The notes under the pieces were generated by a model. The model made no database searches. It saw only the letters and a program-made list of their open reading frames with translations, and was not told the DNA's origin. From Macrostomum lignano (Eukaryota): DNA of 64,000 bases. The stretch lies in the NCBI GenBank assembly GCA_002269645.1, contig NIVC01000288.1:1-64000 (forward strand), read 5' to 3'. The translations under genes were made by a program, and so were the position numbers. Shown here piece by piece: positions 12,684 through 23,172 of the stretch (its first letter is position 1; each line of letters starts with the position of its first letter).

Positions 12684-14069
12684 GGTTCTACGAGCGTATT
12701 ATAATGTATATGCAAATGGATGGACTGCTCAGTGCTCCATCTAGGTAGACGATTTATAACACTTTAGCCAGTCAGTCACATAGCTTGTGCCATAGACTAA
12801 CTGTGCTGGATATTGATGCGTATTTTGCTTTCAGTAGGTTAAATATTTTCTCCTCCTTTTTCCAAATATGTCTATGGAAAAGAAAGTCCTCGGATGATAT
12901 TCTCAAGGCCTCGGCTTCGCCTCGGCCTGAGAAATGCATCCTCGGACTTACTTTTCCATAGCCACACTGGGAAAAGGAGGAGAATGTATACATAATCCTT
13001 GAAATATGTCCGGGAAAGTGATCGATTAAATCCCGCAAAATAAAATCTATGTCAATAACCTCGCGATCCCTGAAAGTGAGCTTTAAAGTGGTTTAATTAC
13101 TTTTTACGGTCATTTAGATTTGTAGCTTAGGAGCAGTTGAATAAATCCAGAAAGAGCTGAACGCTTTACTCAAGACAACTGTTGCCCCTTATCTTTTCTC
13201 AACATTTTGACTGGTTAGCAAAAACTTAATATTTGGAGCATTAGTACTTAGTCCTCTCGTTTCTACTAAAGGCTAACCATAGCTATCTAACCTACAAATC
13301 AGCAACAATATAAGCTGGGAAGATGATGATAGCGACACTGGCTATGAAACGGCTCCCAGACGAACAGAGGGGGACAGCCCGCAAGCCAAAAACATAGATA
13401 TTGGACAAATATCGGTAATGAGATGCACAGCCTAGTGATCGAAGCCTTAGACAGAGACGATCGTATTTCCGTCTTATTCTTTCGTTTGCATTTGTTTTAC
13501 TGTATTGCCTATCGAAATCTTTACGAAATCAAGATCCAAAAAAGGAAAGTGGACTAAGTTAGTGCTTCATTGTCCCATGCTGTATCCTCATTATTACGGT
13601 ATGCTGTCGAGAACTGATTTTCTTTTCAACCGTGTGTCCATGTCGGCATCGGCGAATCAAGCTGGCAAGCCCAAAGCAGCCAATACGATCTGGGTTGCCA
13701 GGGTGGAGCGCTAGCCGGGGAAGCTCAGTGCGAGGGGATAGAAAATGTCCAGTTCCCTATGGAGCAGTAGAGAGGAGAAAAGTAAAAGGAAACACTACAA
13801 CGGACAGGCAGTCCACTCGGATCTGCATAAGTGAATTCAGCTTTTGCTCTTTGAATCCTTCTGCCCGAGTTATTATAAGCTTTTCAGTGTGGCCCGGCCG
13901 AGTGCAGGTGAGAACTGTGCAAAACAGGGTAGCAGAGCTACAAAAGATTTCTATTCGACAGAGGGTTGGGCAGAGATTGAGGGAAGACAGACGGATAATT
14001 CCCGGACTCCGTATCTACAGACAGAGCTGAGTACAAAAGCAAGACACTGCTTACTCCATCACCCCACAG

Positions 14070-14459
14070 CAGCAACTCCGAGCGAGTCAGCCAGAAGCCC
14101 TGCAGTCTCCCCAGTCTGCGCCCACCGATTGAACGCCCGAGTCGAGGCAACCAACAGCGACGCCACAACCGGCCTGCTCCGCTGGGACGCCATCCCGTCG
14201 ACTGACCGTCACGGCTGTCGCGAGCTCGAGCTGCGAGTCTTCGCGGTCGGTGCTCAACGCGGAAATCTCAGCCGTCTGAGCGGGGCGAACGGTCTAGCGT
14301 ACTTGGCCTGCGACGCCAAACAGCACCCGCTGCGCGGCCTGGTCTGGTCTAGGCGCTATCGAGTCGACTTCGCGGTGCTAGAGGAACCGACAGGCACCTA
14401 TTGTCGCGAGGCGCAGACGTTGGTCTTTGTGATGGGAAACGACACTCAAGTCCCCGGAG
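14070..14459 (+). CDS. FNDC4/5-like type-I membrane protein, FN3-domain exon (upstream exon not identified)
   Basis: Acceptor ccccacag|14070 (phase 1; an alternative at 14021 is possible). FN3-like pattern TGLLRWD...LRGLVWSRRYRVDF. N-glycosylation sequons NLS and NDT. Donor gag|gtagga. Confidence 0.7.
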
Positions 14460-14565
14460 GTAGGACTAATTCCAGTGAGTGAATCTACTGAGTGTGCGCG
14501 GCAGGAAGCGAACAAACTAATTTTATTTGGCCCCGGTTGTCCATTATATAATTTTCAACAACCAC

Positions 14566-14884
14566 TAGGCCAGTGGTCAGAGCGTCGGACTCATGACTGA
14601 AAGGTCTGGGGTTCGATTTTCGACCCACTCAGAACAATTTGTGTCCTTGAGCAAGACACTTAACTCTGCATTGCTTCAGTTCACCCAGCTGTAAAATGGG
14701 TGCCAGCATTAGCTGGGGTAATTGAGGTAATTGAGGGTGTGTGTGGCGACCCCTCAGTCCTTGGACTGAACAGCCGTACGCAGCCTTCAGATACGCCGCG
14801 CAATAGCTGCGGCTGAGCTGTCGGTTGCACATCTGCCAATAGGGCAATTGTACGAGTAATTAATTATTATTTTTATTTATTAAT
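14566..14884 (+). mobile_element. SINE family A, copy 2 (intronic)
   Basis: B box ggttcgattt, same central domain as 475-785, (ATT/ATTT) tail. Confidence 0.85.
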
Positions 14885-16313
14885 TACATCTCCAAGTTTT
14901 TATCATTACTGGAGCGCCAAGGATTAACGCCAAGTTAACCAAAAATTCATCTCAAATAGTGCTTAAACAACAACATATTTTATTTTCTTGTTGTTGAATT
15001 TATTTTAAACTTCGTGTACCCATCGCATGGTGTACATGTAATGGTAAGCTGAGAAGAGTCGTAAAAATGGAAGGCAATGCCTTCAGCCCATTGCAACTTT
15101 CTGCAGCGCCATATGCACCGTTTCCAATGCCTGCGCACTGCCACTGTCGGTAAACTATTTCAAACAGCAGCTTTTATCCTGACTATATAGCCTGACCGGG
15201 CTCTCTTTATTGTTGTTTTACAACAGGCTCCAAAATTTGGCTGGTGAACATCAGGAGCATTTCCACTGGCGATGGCTAACCCCTGTTGCTTAAAAAAAGA
15301 TCGACAGAGATTCCCCCGTTGCAGCCGTCCCCCCCTCCTCTAGCTCTAACTTTATACGCTTGGCAAAGCTACTCAGCATTCGTGCGCTATGGGATGTAAA
15401 TCCTGTCCCCTCAGTTGGCCTAATCTCTCAGTCGACTGAAACGTTGAAGAAATCTGAGCCGCGCTCCTCCCTCTCTCATAGCTGGCTTACTTTATTAACC
15501 ATCCTCCCCCTTCAGCTTTGTCTATCCATCAGTCGAGCTGTAGGAATAATAATAGCTTTCGCATAAATTGCTGCCAGTGCCCTGTGGCTGTATAAAAAAT
15601 TTCGGAAGCGGTCGGATGAGATGAGACTGCGACCATTAAATGCTCCTAAATTTACCTGGGATTTAATGCACCTTGGGCAAACAGGTTTAGCCAGATTGCG
15701 CTCGCAAAGACTCGGCGAGCCTCGTTAATCTGAGTATCTCAGTTTGCTACAGCGTATTTGTACCAGTAGATCTGTTGGTGCACGAGGATAAGAGCCTCGC
15801 GCTTATCTCTTTGATGCTCATAAAATAAGCAAATTGCTTTTCCCGCGTTATATTTGTAATATCAATTAATCTGCAATTGAGTTTACTGCGCCGCTGGCTC
15901 TATGCCTGAGTGCAGTTTTCTATGCTCAATGATTAGTACATTTAAAGGTTATTTCTAGGGCTGTTCGTTGGGATGGTGATTAGTGATAGTTTGCGTGTAA
16001 TTTTTTACTACCACATTTAAGAGCAACATTCAATGCTTCAGTGAAGTGTTGGAAAGCTTCTCTAGGTCAGTTCGTTGCTGCGGCACGGCTCTTCAAGTGA
16101 CGAGGACCAAGAAAATGAATTGCGATTTCACCTTTAGGCGATCACCTTCGCCCACTTCGGCTCAGGGAATTGGACAGCTCCATGCCTTCTCGATAGGTAG
16201 TCAGATCGAAATCAGTCAGTATCAGAATCCTAACGAACAGCCCTTATAACTATGGTTGTAATTTACATTGGGTTTAACTAGAAAGTTTCTAAATTGATAC
16301 AATGATTCCTTAG

Positions 16314-16582
16314 GCTCGTCAGTTTTGCTCTCGATGCCTCGCTGGACCATAACCGACGCGATGATTTTCCTGCTAGTGCTGACTGGCTGGGCCGCCGCTA
16401 TCGCACTATTCCTGCACAAGCTCGGCAATCTGCAGATATCTCGCAGCACCTGCGACTCTGTGAGACACTTGAAACCGAAAAACATCGACAAAGTGAAGGT
16501 GTGCAAAGAGCCTAGCGACACGGTCATCTATCGGGAGTACGCTCGCGGATCCCGGATGTCCGTCTGCCTTGAGGAGAGACAG
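16314..16582 (+). CDS. FNDC4/5-like protein, transmembrane exon
   Basis: Acceptor ccttag|16314 matches phase 1. TM DAMIFLLVLTGWAAAIALFL followed by basic HKLG. Donor cag|gtatac, phase 0. Confidence 0.85.
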
Positions 16583-16984
16583 GTATACACATTCATCTAC
16601 GTTAATGAACCAAGAAGTGGCGTAGTCAATAAAAATGGAACCAAACTGGAAAGTCTGAAAACGCACTTGTAAAGCACTAAATTTCCAAATCTTTCTATAC
16701 AATCTGCTTTAGTTGTAAAATTACAAGGAGAGTCAACGCGACCCCCATTTAAGGGCAAAAGGCCTCTGTAATTAAAGCTCTTGCCTTTTTCCTTACTGAG
16801 CAGGTCCTTGTAGAAACATGTTCAGCGGCTAAAGCAAGACGCTACCCTCGCAATCTTGAAAATATTTCTGGAAGCTGATTTTTGAGATGCATCTTTTTGT
16901 CTCTTGCAATTTGAAAGCTCCGAAGGTGATCGTTACGAAGACTGCAAACTTTCTACCTATATAATGCATTTTGCCAGGGGCCTT

Positions 16985-17320
16985 GTCGGACAAGTTACAA
17001 GTGACAAGTGACAATTCCGCAAAATAATGCGTTTCATAAAAACAGCTACAACTTGACAAATCGACAAGTGACAAGTGACAAGTGACAATTCCGCAAAATA
17101 ATGCGTTTCATAAAAACAGCTACAACTTGACTGTAGCTCGACAGTCTCGACCTAGCTCGACAGACAGGTAAATCGACAAGTTCCAAGTGACAAGTGACAA
17201 GCAACATTTGACAAATTACAAGCGCTTCTTCGGGGTGACGTCCATAGACATGCACTGTGCTTAGGATGCTTCTGTGTCTTGTGTTTTCGACAAGTCGCTG
17301 TGACACTTGTAGCTTTATTA
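16985..17320. repeat. (GTGACAA)n-rich repeat with an internal duplication of about 70 bp; related inverted fragment at 19290-19366
   Basis: acaagtgacaagtgacaattccgcaaaataatgcgtttcataaaaacagctacaacttgac occurs twice. cacttgtagcttt is inverted near 17305. The 19290-19366 fragment ends aaatcggcccc. Confidence 0.6.
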
Positions 17321-17416
17321 AAGCTGTGTATTCAAGCCCGAGAAGAACCGTCTTTACGCTCGTAAAGCAAGTCTGTCTAAAACACAGATCCTAAAATTGT
17401 GGTTTGTGGTCTAAAG

Positions 17417-17549
17417 CAGGGAAGCCTCCATGGTCGCTGCGCTCCCCAGGAAGGGACACTCACCCGCCCCACCCCACTCCGCTATACTTGTATGCTGCCT
17501 AAACTAGTGTCCCTTCCTGGGGAGCGCAGCGACCATAGAGGCTTCCCTG
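17417..17549. mobile_element. 133-bp hAT (Charlie/Buster-like) MITE
   Basis: 44-bp TIR cagggaagcctccatggtcgctgcgctccccaggaagggacact with one mismatch. Flanks gtctaaag / tctaaag (7 bp exact; probably an 8-bp TSD with one G lost). Confidence 0.85.
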
Positions 17550-17586
17550 TCTAAAGGCTGGATCGATTTCATATGGTGTCTCAACC

Positions 17587-19220
17587 GGGGGGGTTTCACA
17601 AGGTCGAAATTTCACAACATCGAAAACTCGAAAAGCAGCCACTTTCATAAGGTAGAAATTTCACAACATCGAACGAAAACTTTAGCAAGAGACTTCATAA
17701 GGTCGAAATTTCACAAGATCGAAATTTCACAACATCGAAAACTTTAGCAAGAGACTTCATAAGGTCGAAATTTCACAAGGTCGAAAACTCAAATAGCAGC
17801 CACTTTCATAAGATCGAAATCTTACAATGTAAAAACTGAGAATTTAGCAGCTTCAAGTATGAAAATATCAAAATTTTACAATGTAGAAAACTAAAGTCTT
17901 TATTGTGTGTCAATGTTTATATTATTATTTTTTGTTTTAATAATTAATAGCTTTGGTTCAGAGAAGTTTTTAATCACCTCTTCTTTAAGTAGTTCAACGT
18001 CAAGGAGTGCTGAGTGCTCTGCTAAGTGTCTTATGACTACTGGGACGATGGGTTAGTTTACATAAGCTGTAAGTTTAGCTATATAGTTGGGAAGCATTTT
18101 GGAATTTGAGCAGTAAAAAGCACCTAAAATTTGGTATCAGAAGTAGGATAAATTTAGGGGAAAAGAGAAAAACTTTGAAAAGAGAAAAAAGCCCTTTGGC
18201 AATGACTGGTTAGGATAAATTAGACTAAGTGACAAACAGAAAAACACCTACAACATATATAGGCCTACTAAACAACAATAGAATATAGAAAAGCCTCGAA
18301 GGCTTACAACTATTAAGTCTTCTGCTAAAGTTTTCGATGTTGTGAAATTTCGACCTTATGAAGTCTTCTGCTAGAGTTTTCGATGTTGTGAAATTTCGAC
18401 CTTATGAAGTCCTTTGCTAAAGCTTTCGATGTTGTGAAATTTCGACCTTGTGAAGTTTCGACCTTGTGAAAGTGGCTGCTATTTGAGTTTTCGATGTTAT
18501 GAAATTTCGACCTTGTGAAATTTCGACCTTGTGAAAGAAGGTGCTTTCGATGTTGTGAAATTTCGAGTTTGTGAAACCCCCCCCCCCGAAATTTCAACCT
18601 TATGAAGTCTTCTGCTAGAGTTTTCGATGTTGTGAAATTTCGACCTTATGTAGTCTTTTGCTAAAGTTTTCGATGTTGTGAAATTTCGACCTTATGAAGT
18701 CTTTTGCTAAAGTTTTCGATGTTGTGAAATTTCGACCTTCTGAAATTTCTACCTTATGAAAGTGGCTGCTTTTCGAGTTTTCGATGTTGTGAAATTTCGA
18801 CCTTATGAAGTCTTCTGCTAGAGTTTTCGATGTTGTGAAATTTCGACCTTATGAAGTCTTCTGCTAGAGTTTTCGATGTTGTGAAATTTCGACCTTATGA
18901 AGTCTTTTGCTAAAGTTTTCGATGTTGTGAAATTTCGACCTTATGAAGTCTTTTGCTAAAGTTTTCGATGTTGTGAAATTTCGACCTTATGAAGTCTCTT
19001 GCTAAAGTTTTCAATGTTGTGAAATTTCGACCTTATGAAGTCTCTTGCTAAAGTTTTCGATGTTGTGAAATTTCGACCTTCTGAAATTTCTACCTTATGA
19101 AAGTGGCTGCTTTTCGAGTTTTCGATGTTGTGAAATTTCGACCTTATGAAGTCTTCTGCTAGAGTTTTCGATGTTGTGAAATTTCGACCTTGTGAAATTT
19201 CGACCTTGTGAAAGCACCCC
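17587..19220. mobile_element. 1.6-kb foldback DNA element with an 8-bp TSD
   Basis: Ends gggggggtttcacaag and cttgtgaaagcacccc. Perfect TSD tctcaacc at 17579-17586 and 19221-19228. Arms are arrays of 16-bp and longer subrepeats. A second terminus-like motif lies internally at about 18570-18586. Confidence 0.9.
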
Positions 19221-19443
19221 TCTCAACCATAGGCATAAAGCTGAGTTATTTTCAACACGAGTATGGACCCATGTTTTTGAAACCAAAATCGTTGACACTT
19301 GACACTTGTCACTTGTCATTTGTCGACTTGTCACTTATCACTTTTAGCTTTTTTATGAAATCGGCCCCAGCCAAAAACAGCCCTAAGGGAACTTCTCGTG
19401 TGTAGAATCTTTCTTCTAGCTCGTAGTTTGATGGTTCATTGTT

Positions 19444-19545
19444 CCCATTCCGCCGACTTTCCTGAGCAGTACCAGTAATGCCTCTCGCCGGTTGTGTGAC
19501 AATGTCGCTTAAAGTGCGCTGGGATGCACACAGTCCCTCTGCTGT
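19444..19545. mobile_element. Fragment of SINE family B with an inverted 5' portion
   Basis: 19444-19469 is antisense and 19473-19545 is sense relative to the full copy at 22299-22656. Confidence 0.7.
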
Positions 19546-19694
19546 TTTCAACTACTTTTGTCGCTACCCGAGGAAGAATCTGACAAGTTTTTATAACAAT
19601 TAGAGAATCGGAAGTATCTAGACGCCAAAAATTCAAGAAGTCCTTTGGTCAGTTAGCAAATGACATGAGAGAATCTTCCACCAACAACTTGCAG

Positions 19695-20237
19695 GCAAGA
19701 ATCGCGCATCTTCAGCGCCTGTACGCCGAGGAACTGGAACGCGAACTGGAAGCCATCGAGGAGCAGGGCGGCAGCGCGGAGCTGTGTGGCCTCCGCCCGA
19801 TGCGGCCAAAACCGCCGAAGCCATTCCACCGGCACCACACGCTGGAGGCCATCAGCCCGCAACGGTTGCCAACCTACGCTGTTGTTGCCGAGGGCGGCAT
19901 CAATCTGCAGCAGCTGCCGCAGCTGCCGCAACCTCCAATAAAGACGCCGCTTGGACAGACGTTCAGCGCTTCTGCAGTCGACGGCGTTCCGCGCAGTCAA
20001 GGAGGATCAACGATCAACGTCGGTCCCACGGCTAGGCGAGTTGTGGCCGTGAAGACTCTGCAGCAACAGGCGCGTCGTACTGCAGTGCAGGTGTCGGCCG
20101 ATGGAACAACTCAACCGCTGCTGACCAGGCAGCTCAGTGAGTCGGCGTTCTCTCGCTCGGTCGCCTCCTCGACACTGCCGGCTCGCATGGCGAGCGACTG
20201 TCGCAGCGGATCCGACGCTGTCATCAGCTACGTTTAA
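19695..20237 (+). CDS. FNDC4/5-like protein, last coding exon (cytoplasmic tail ending ...VISYV*)
   Basis: Acceptor aacttgcag|19695, phase 0, in frame. GC-rich, with coding-like composition and an acidic helical stretch (LYAEELERELEAIEE). TAA at 20235-20237. Confidence 0.8.
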   Translation, partial: ARIAHLQRLYAEELERELEAIEEQGGSAELCGLRPMRPKPPKPFHRHHTLEAISPQRLPTYAVVAEGGINLQQLPQLPQPPIKTPLGQTFSASAVDGVPRSQGGSTINVGPTARRVVAVKTLQQQARRTAVQVSADGTTQPLLTRQLSESAFSRSVASSTLPARMASDCRSGSDAVISYV

Positions 20238-20367
20238 TCAGCTTACTCATGCTTTGATTCTTCTACCAGTTTGGAACCACTGGAATTGCTTATCTTTTTT
20301 GCATAAGTCAAACTACGCGCCATCTTACATTATTTTATTAGTAGGTTTTAATCCATTTTTAGACCAT

Positions 20368-20693
20368 TGAGGAGAGGTTGTAGCCTAGAGGTTTGAGCGT
20401 CGAACTTGCGACTGAAAGGTCGGGGGTTCGATTCTCGATTCACTCTGAATAATTTGTGTCCTTGAGCAAGACACTTAACTCTGCATTGCTTCAGTTCACC
20501 CAGTTGTAAAATGGGTGCCAGCATTAGCTGGGGTAATTGAGGTAATTGAGGGTGTGTGTGGCGACCCCCCAGTCCTTGGACTGAACAGCCGTACGCAGCC
20601 TTCAGGTACGTCCTGCAATAGCTGCGGCTGAGCTGTCGGTTGCATATCGGCCTATTAGGACAGGTGTAATCAATTATTTTATTATTTGTTTTA
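20368..20693 (+). mobile_element. SINE family A, copy 3, full length with TSD
   Basis: A and B boxes, central domain and AT-rich tail. Direct repeat ttttagaccat at 20357-20367 and 20694-20704. Confidence 0.9.
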
Positions 20694-21205
20694 TTTTAGA
20701 CCATGAAATAGTGCGAGTTTTTTCACCCGAGACCGGTTCTACGTTGCGATTTTAAAATCGCAAGCATAAAAATACTTCTAATCTTTCCAAGCATGTGCTA
20801 CCCTAGAACAATAGCAGAATACTAAAAAAGGTCGGGGTTTCCAGGCTGAAACTGCGTTTGCAATCATTTGAGCTCGTACAGTCAAATTACGAGCTCGTAC
20901 GGTTAAAAATACAAATTTCACGGTCTGTGCGTACTTTTTTTGCAACTCGATGCTCATCCTGTGAACTCAATATTGTTTTTTCTCATTACAACTTGTGCAT
21001 GCAAGAACATCGGTCAAATACACGGGTAGCATTTTAGGGAAATTTGAATGATTACAGCAGAAATTATTCGGCACTAGTTGCCATTTAAAGTACGTTATTT
21101 TAAGCTACTTTGTCAAGTAGCATATAGTGTATAATGTCCAATGTATAATGTCGATTGTCACTTGTCCTACACATCATCTAGGCGGCTAGGCAGCGCCCCC
21201 AACCT

Positions 21206-21455
21206 AAAGGACAGTGCTCCCCTCCTAAGGACAGCGTCCTCCCTCCAAAGGACAGCGTCCCCCCTTCAAAGGACAGCGCTCCCCTCCTAAGGACAGCGCA
21301 CCCCCTGCAAAGGACAGCGTCCCCCCTGCAAAGGACAGCGCTCCCCTCCTAAGGACAGCGCACCCCCCCTCCTAAGGACAGTGCGCCCTAAGGATAGCGC
21401 CCCCCTGAAGACAGCGCCCCTAAGGACAACGCCCCCCCCCCAAATGGACAGCGCC
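21206..21455. repeat. Minisatellite, unit about 20 bp (aaggacagcgctcccctcct)
   Basis: About 12 visible tandem units. Confidence 0.9.
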
Positions 21456-21489
21456 CAACCCCTTTCTTTGTCCCCTCCGAAGCAGAGAA

Positions 21490-23172
21490 AGCCACTCCTA
21501 AAATCATGCCTCATATTGGATACATTTTCAAATGTTGAGACAACTAAATAATACTCTTGCATTCGGGTCCAAGATTGTTGCCTTGAAAATATCACTCGAT
21601 GTGCCAAGACCAGTGAAGATCGATACTTCTCATGGTTAATTCTGTTTCAGTCGCTGCTCGACAAGGATGATGTGAGTCAAATAATAGCTCATATGGAAAA
21701 CCCAGCTGTCGTGATTGGCTTTGTAAACTATTTTAAGGATCACGAATTGCCCGGAGGCGACTTGGCGTCTGATAAAGTTGCGTTTCTGACTTTTGATTGG
21801 TTGGTTGGCTTATTCTTCCGCATTGCCTGAGACAGAATCTTTTTGGCCAGGGCGTGACAAAACGCGATTCTGTGCGACTGCGCCGCGATTTAAATTCCGT
21901 TGGATGCATCCAACTGACTAGCAAGCACCTAGAACCCGTTGTTTCAAACATGTACAGCAAGACCTACGCCTTGCCAATAAAGGACGAGTTCAAGCAGTTT
22001 CTGGCCGATAAGATTGTCAATAGTTCGCCCAGAGCTTGCAAAACATTATCTGCAGACGATAAAAGAATCGAATTTGAAGTTGCTTGGGAAAAATGGGATA
22101 GCTCAGACCTTAAACAGCAGCTTCGGCTTGCTGCTGAAGAATTCGGTAGACTCGAAGATGAAATTCGTACGTCAAAGCAGTTAGATCATTTGGTAGGACG
22201 CTTGTCATAGCGCTTAAAGCCAGTCAGCAGTACGGGCTTATTGCTCCGCTTAATAGCTCAAGAGTTCGGACCTGCTTCGACTTTGTTTCGCTATTGTCCT
22301 TTTTTATTAGAGGCAGGGGGTTGTGTGCACTTTAAGCGACATAGACACACAACCGGCGAGAGGCATTACATTACTGCCCATTCCGCCGACTCCCCTGAGC
22401 AGGCATACAAGCGCGCGGATACGTACGCAGGCACACACTCACACAGGAGTGTACAGCAGCCCTAACTTTATATTATCGTTAGGCATGTACACTTCACTGC
22501 GCCTTGGGGGGTTGGCTCTCAAGGCCGTTAATTGCACGAGCAGAGCCAAGCCGAGATTCCAATTTAGCCCCAAATTAATGTGACTGCACTTGGAATCGAG
22601 CCTGGGTCGCTGGCACACCAGAGCAGCTGCGCTACCGCTGGGCTACGGCCCCCCTCTTCGCTATTGTCTACTCAAGTTACTGTCGTTGCAAGCGACAGAA
22701 CGAACCGCGTCATCCTACTACCTCTGATGTTCCTGTCACCTCCGTACTATCACGCCTCTTTGCCAGATTACTGGGATTTTGCCGCTGTAGTACAGGAAAT
22801 TGCAAGGCAGCTTGGTGACTTTTTTAACGGGAATTTCTGTCAAAATCTGTCAGTGGATGAAAATTTTCAACTAATAACCAGTGGGCGAATGTACACGAAG
22901 GCTGACCTAATTAGTACACGGGCTGAAGTAAGCAAAGGTTCTAAACATTCTAAGCAAAGAATCAGCTGCGGCAGTTCCATATTTGGATAGATTTAATGTC
23001 GATTCCAAAATGGCGTTCTTCATACGGACTGCTCAACAATGGTGTTGAAAGTCTTTAGACACCTATTCGAAGGCTAGAAGAGTAATACTCGTCCATTCGA
23101 TGATGCATCAAAGTGGTGAATTTCCAAGACATTCAATTGCAGGATTTAATGATTATATGAAAGAACGTGACT
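21490..23172 (+). pseudogene. Possible decayed coding sequence of unknown family, split by a SINE
   Basis: Consecutive protein-like stretches in shifting frames (FSWLILFQSLL...LTFDWLVGLFF; KHLEPVVSNMYSKTY...; PPYYHASLPDYWDFAAVVQEIARQL; LDTYSKARRVILVHSMMHQ). No family recognised. Confidence 0.35.
22299..22656 (-). mobile_element. tRNA-derived SINE, family B, full length with 12-bp TSD
   Basis: Minus strand starts ggggccgtagcccagcggtagcg (A box), has ggctcgattcc (B box) and an A-rich tail. TSD ttcgctattgtc at 22287-22298 and 22657-22668. Confidence 0.9.

Larger units (their letters stand above)
11323..13096 (-). mobile_element. Non-autonomous Crypton-like (tyrosine recombinase) element with about 105-bp inverted termini bounded by TTAA
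   Basis: Left ttaaaccactttaaagctcac...ccggacatattgcaagg is the inverse of 12985-13096. Contains YR gene remnants and a cctcggcttcgcctcgg hairpin motif at about 12909. Confidence 0.7.

Noticed and set aside
13844-14069. TTG-initiated N-terminal extension of the FN3 ORF
   Set aside because: No ATG and no signal peptide. A good acceptor at 14069 suggests this part is intron or UTR.
20368-22656. Possible tRNA genes at about 475, 14566, 20368, 22590-22656, 30950 and 36181
   Set aside because: A and B boxes are present but no full cloverleaf. Each continues into a SINE body or a Helitron backbone.
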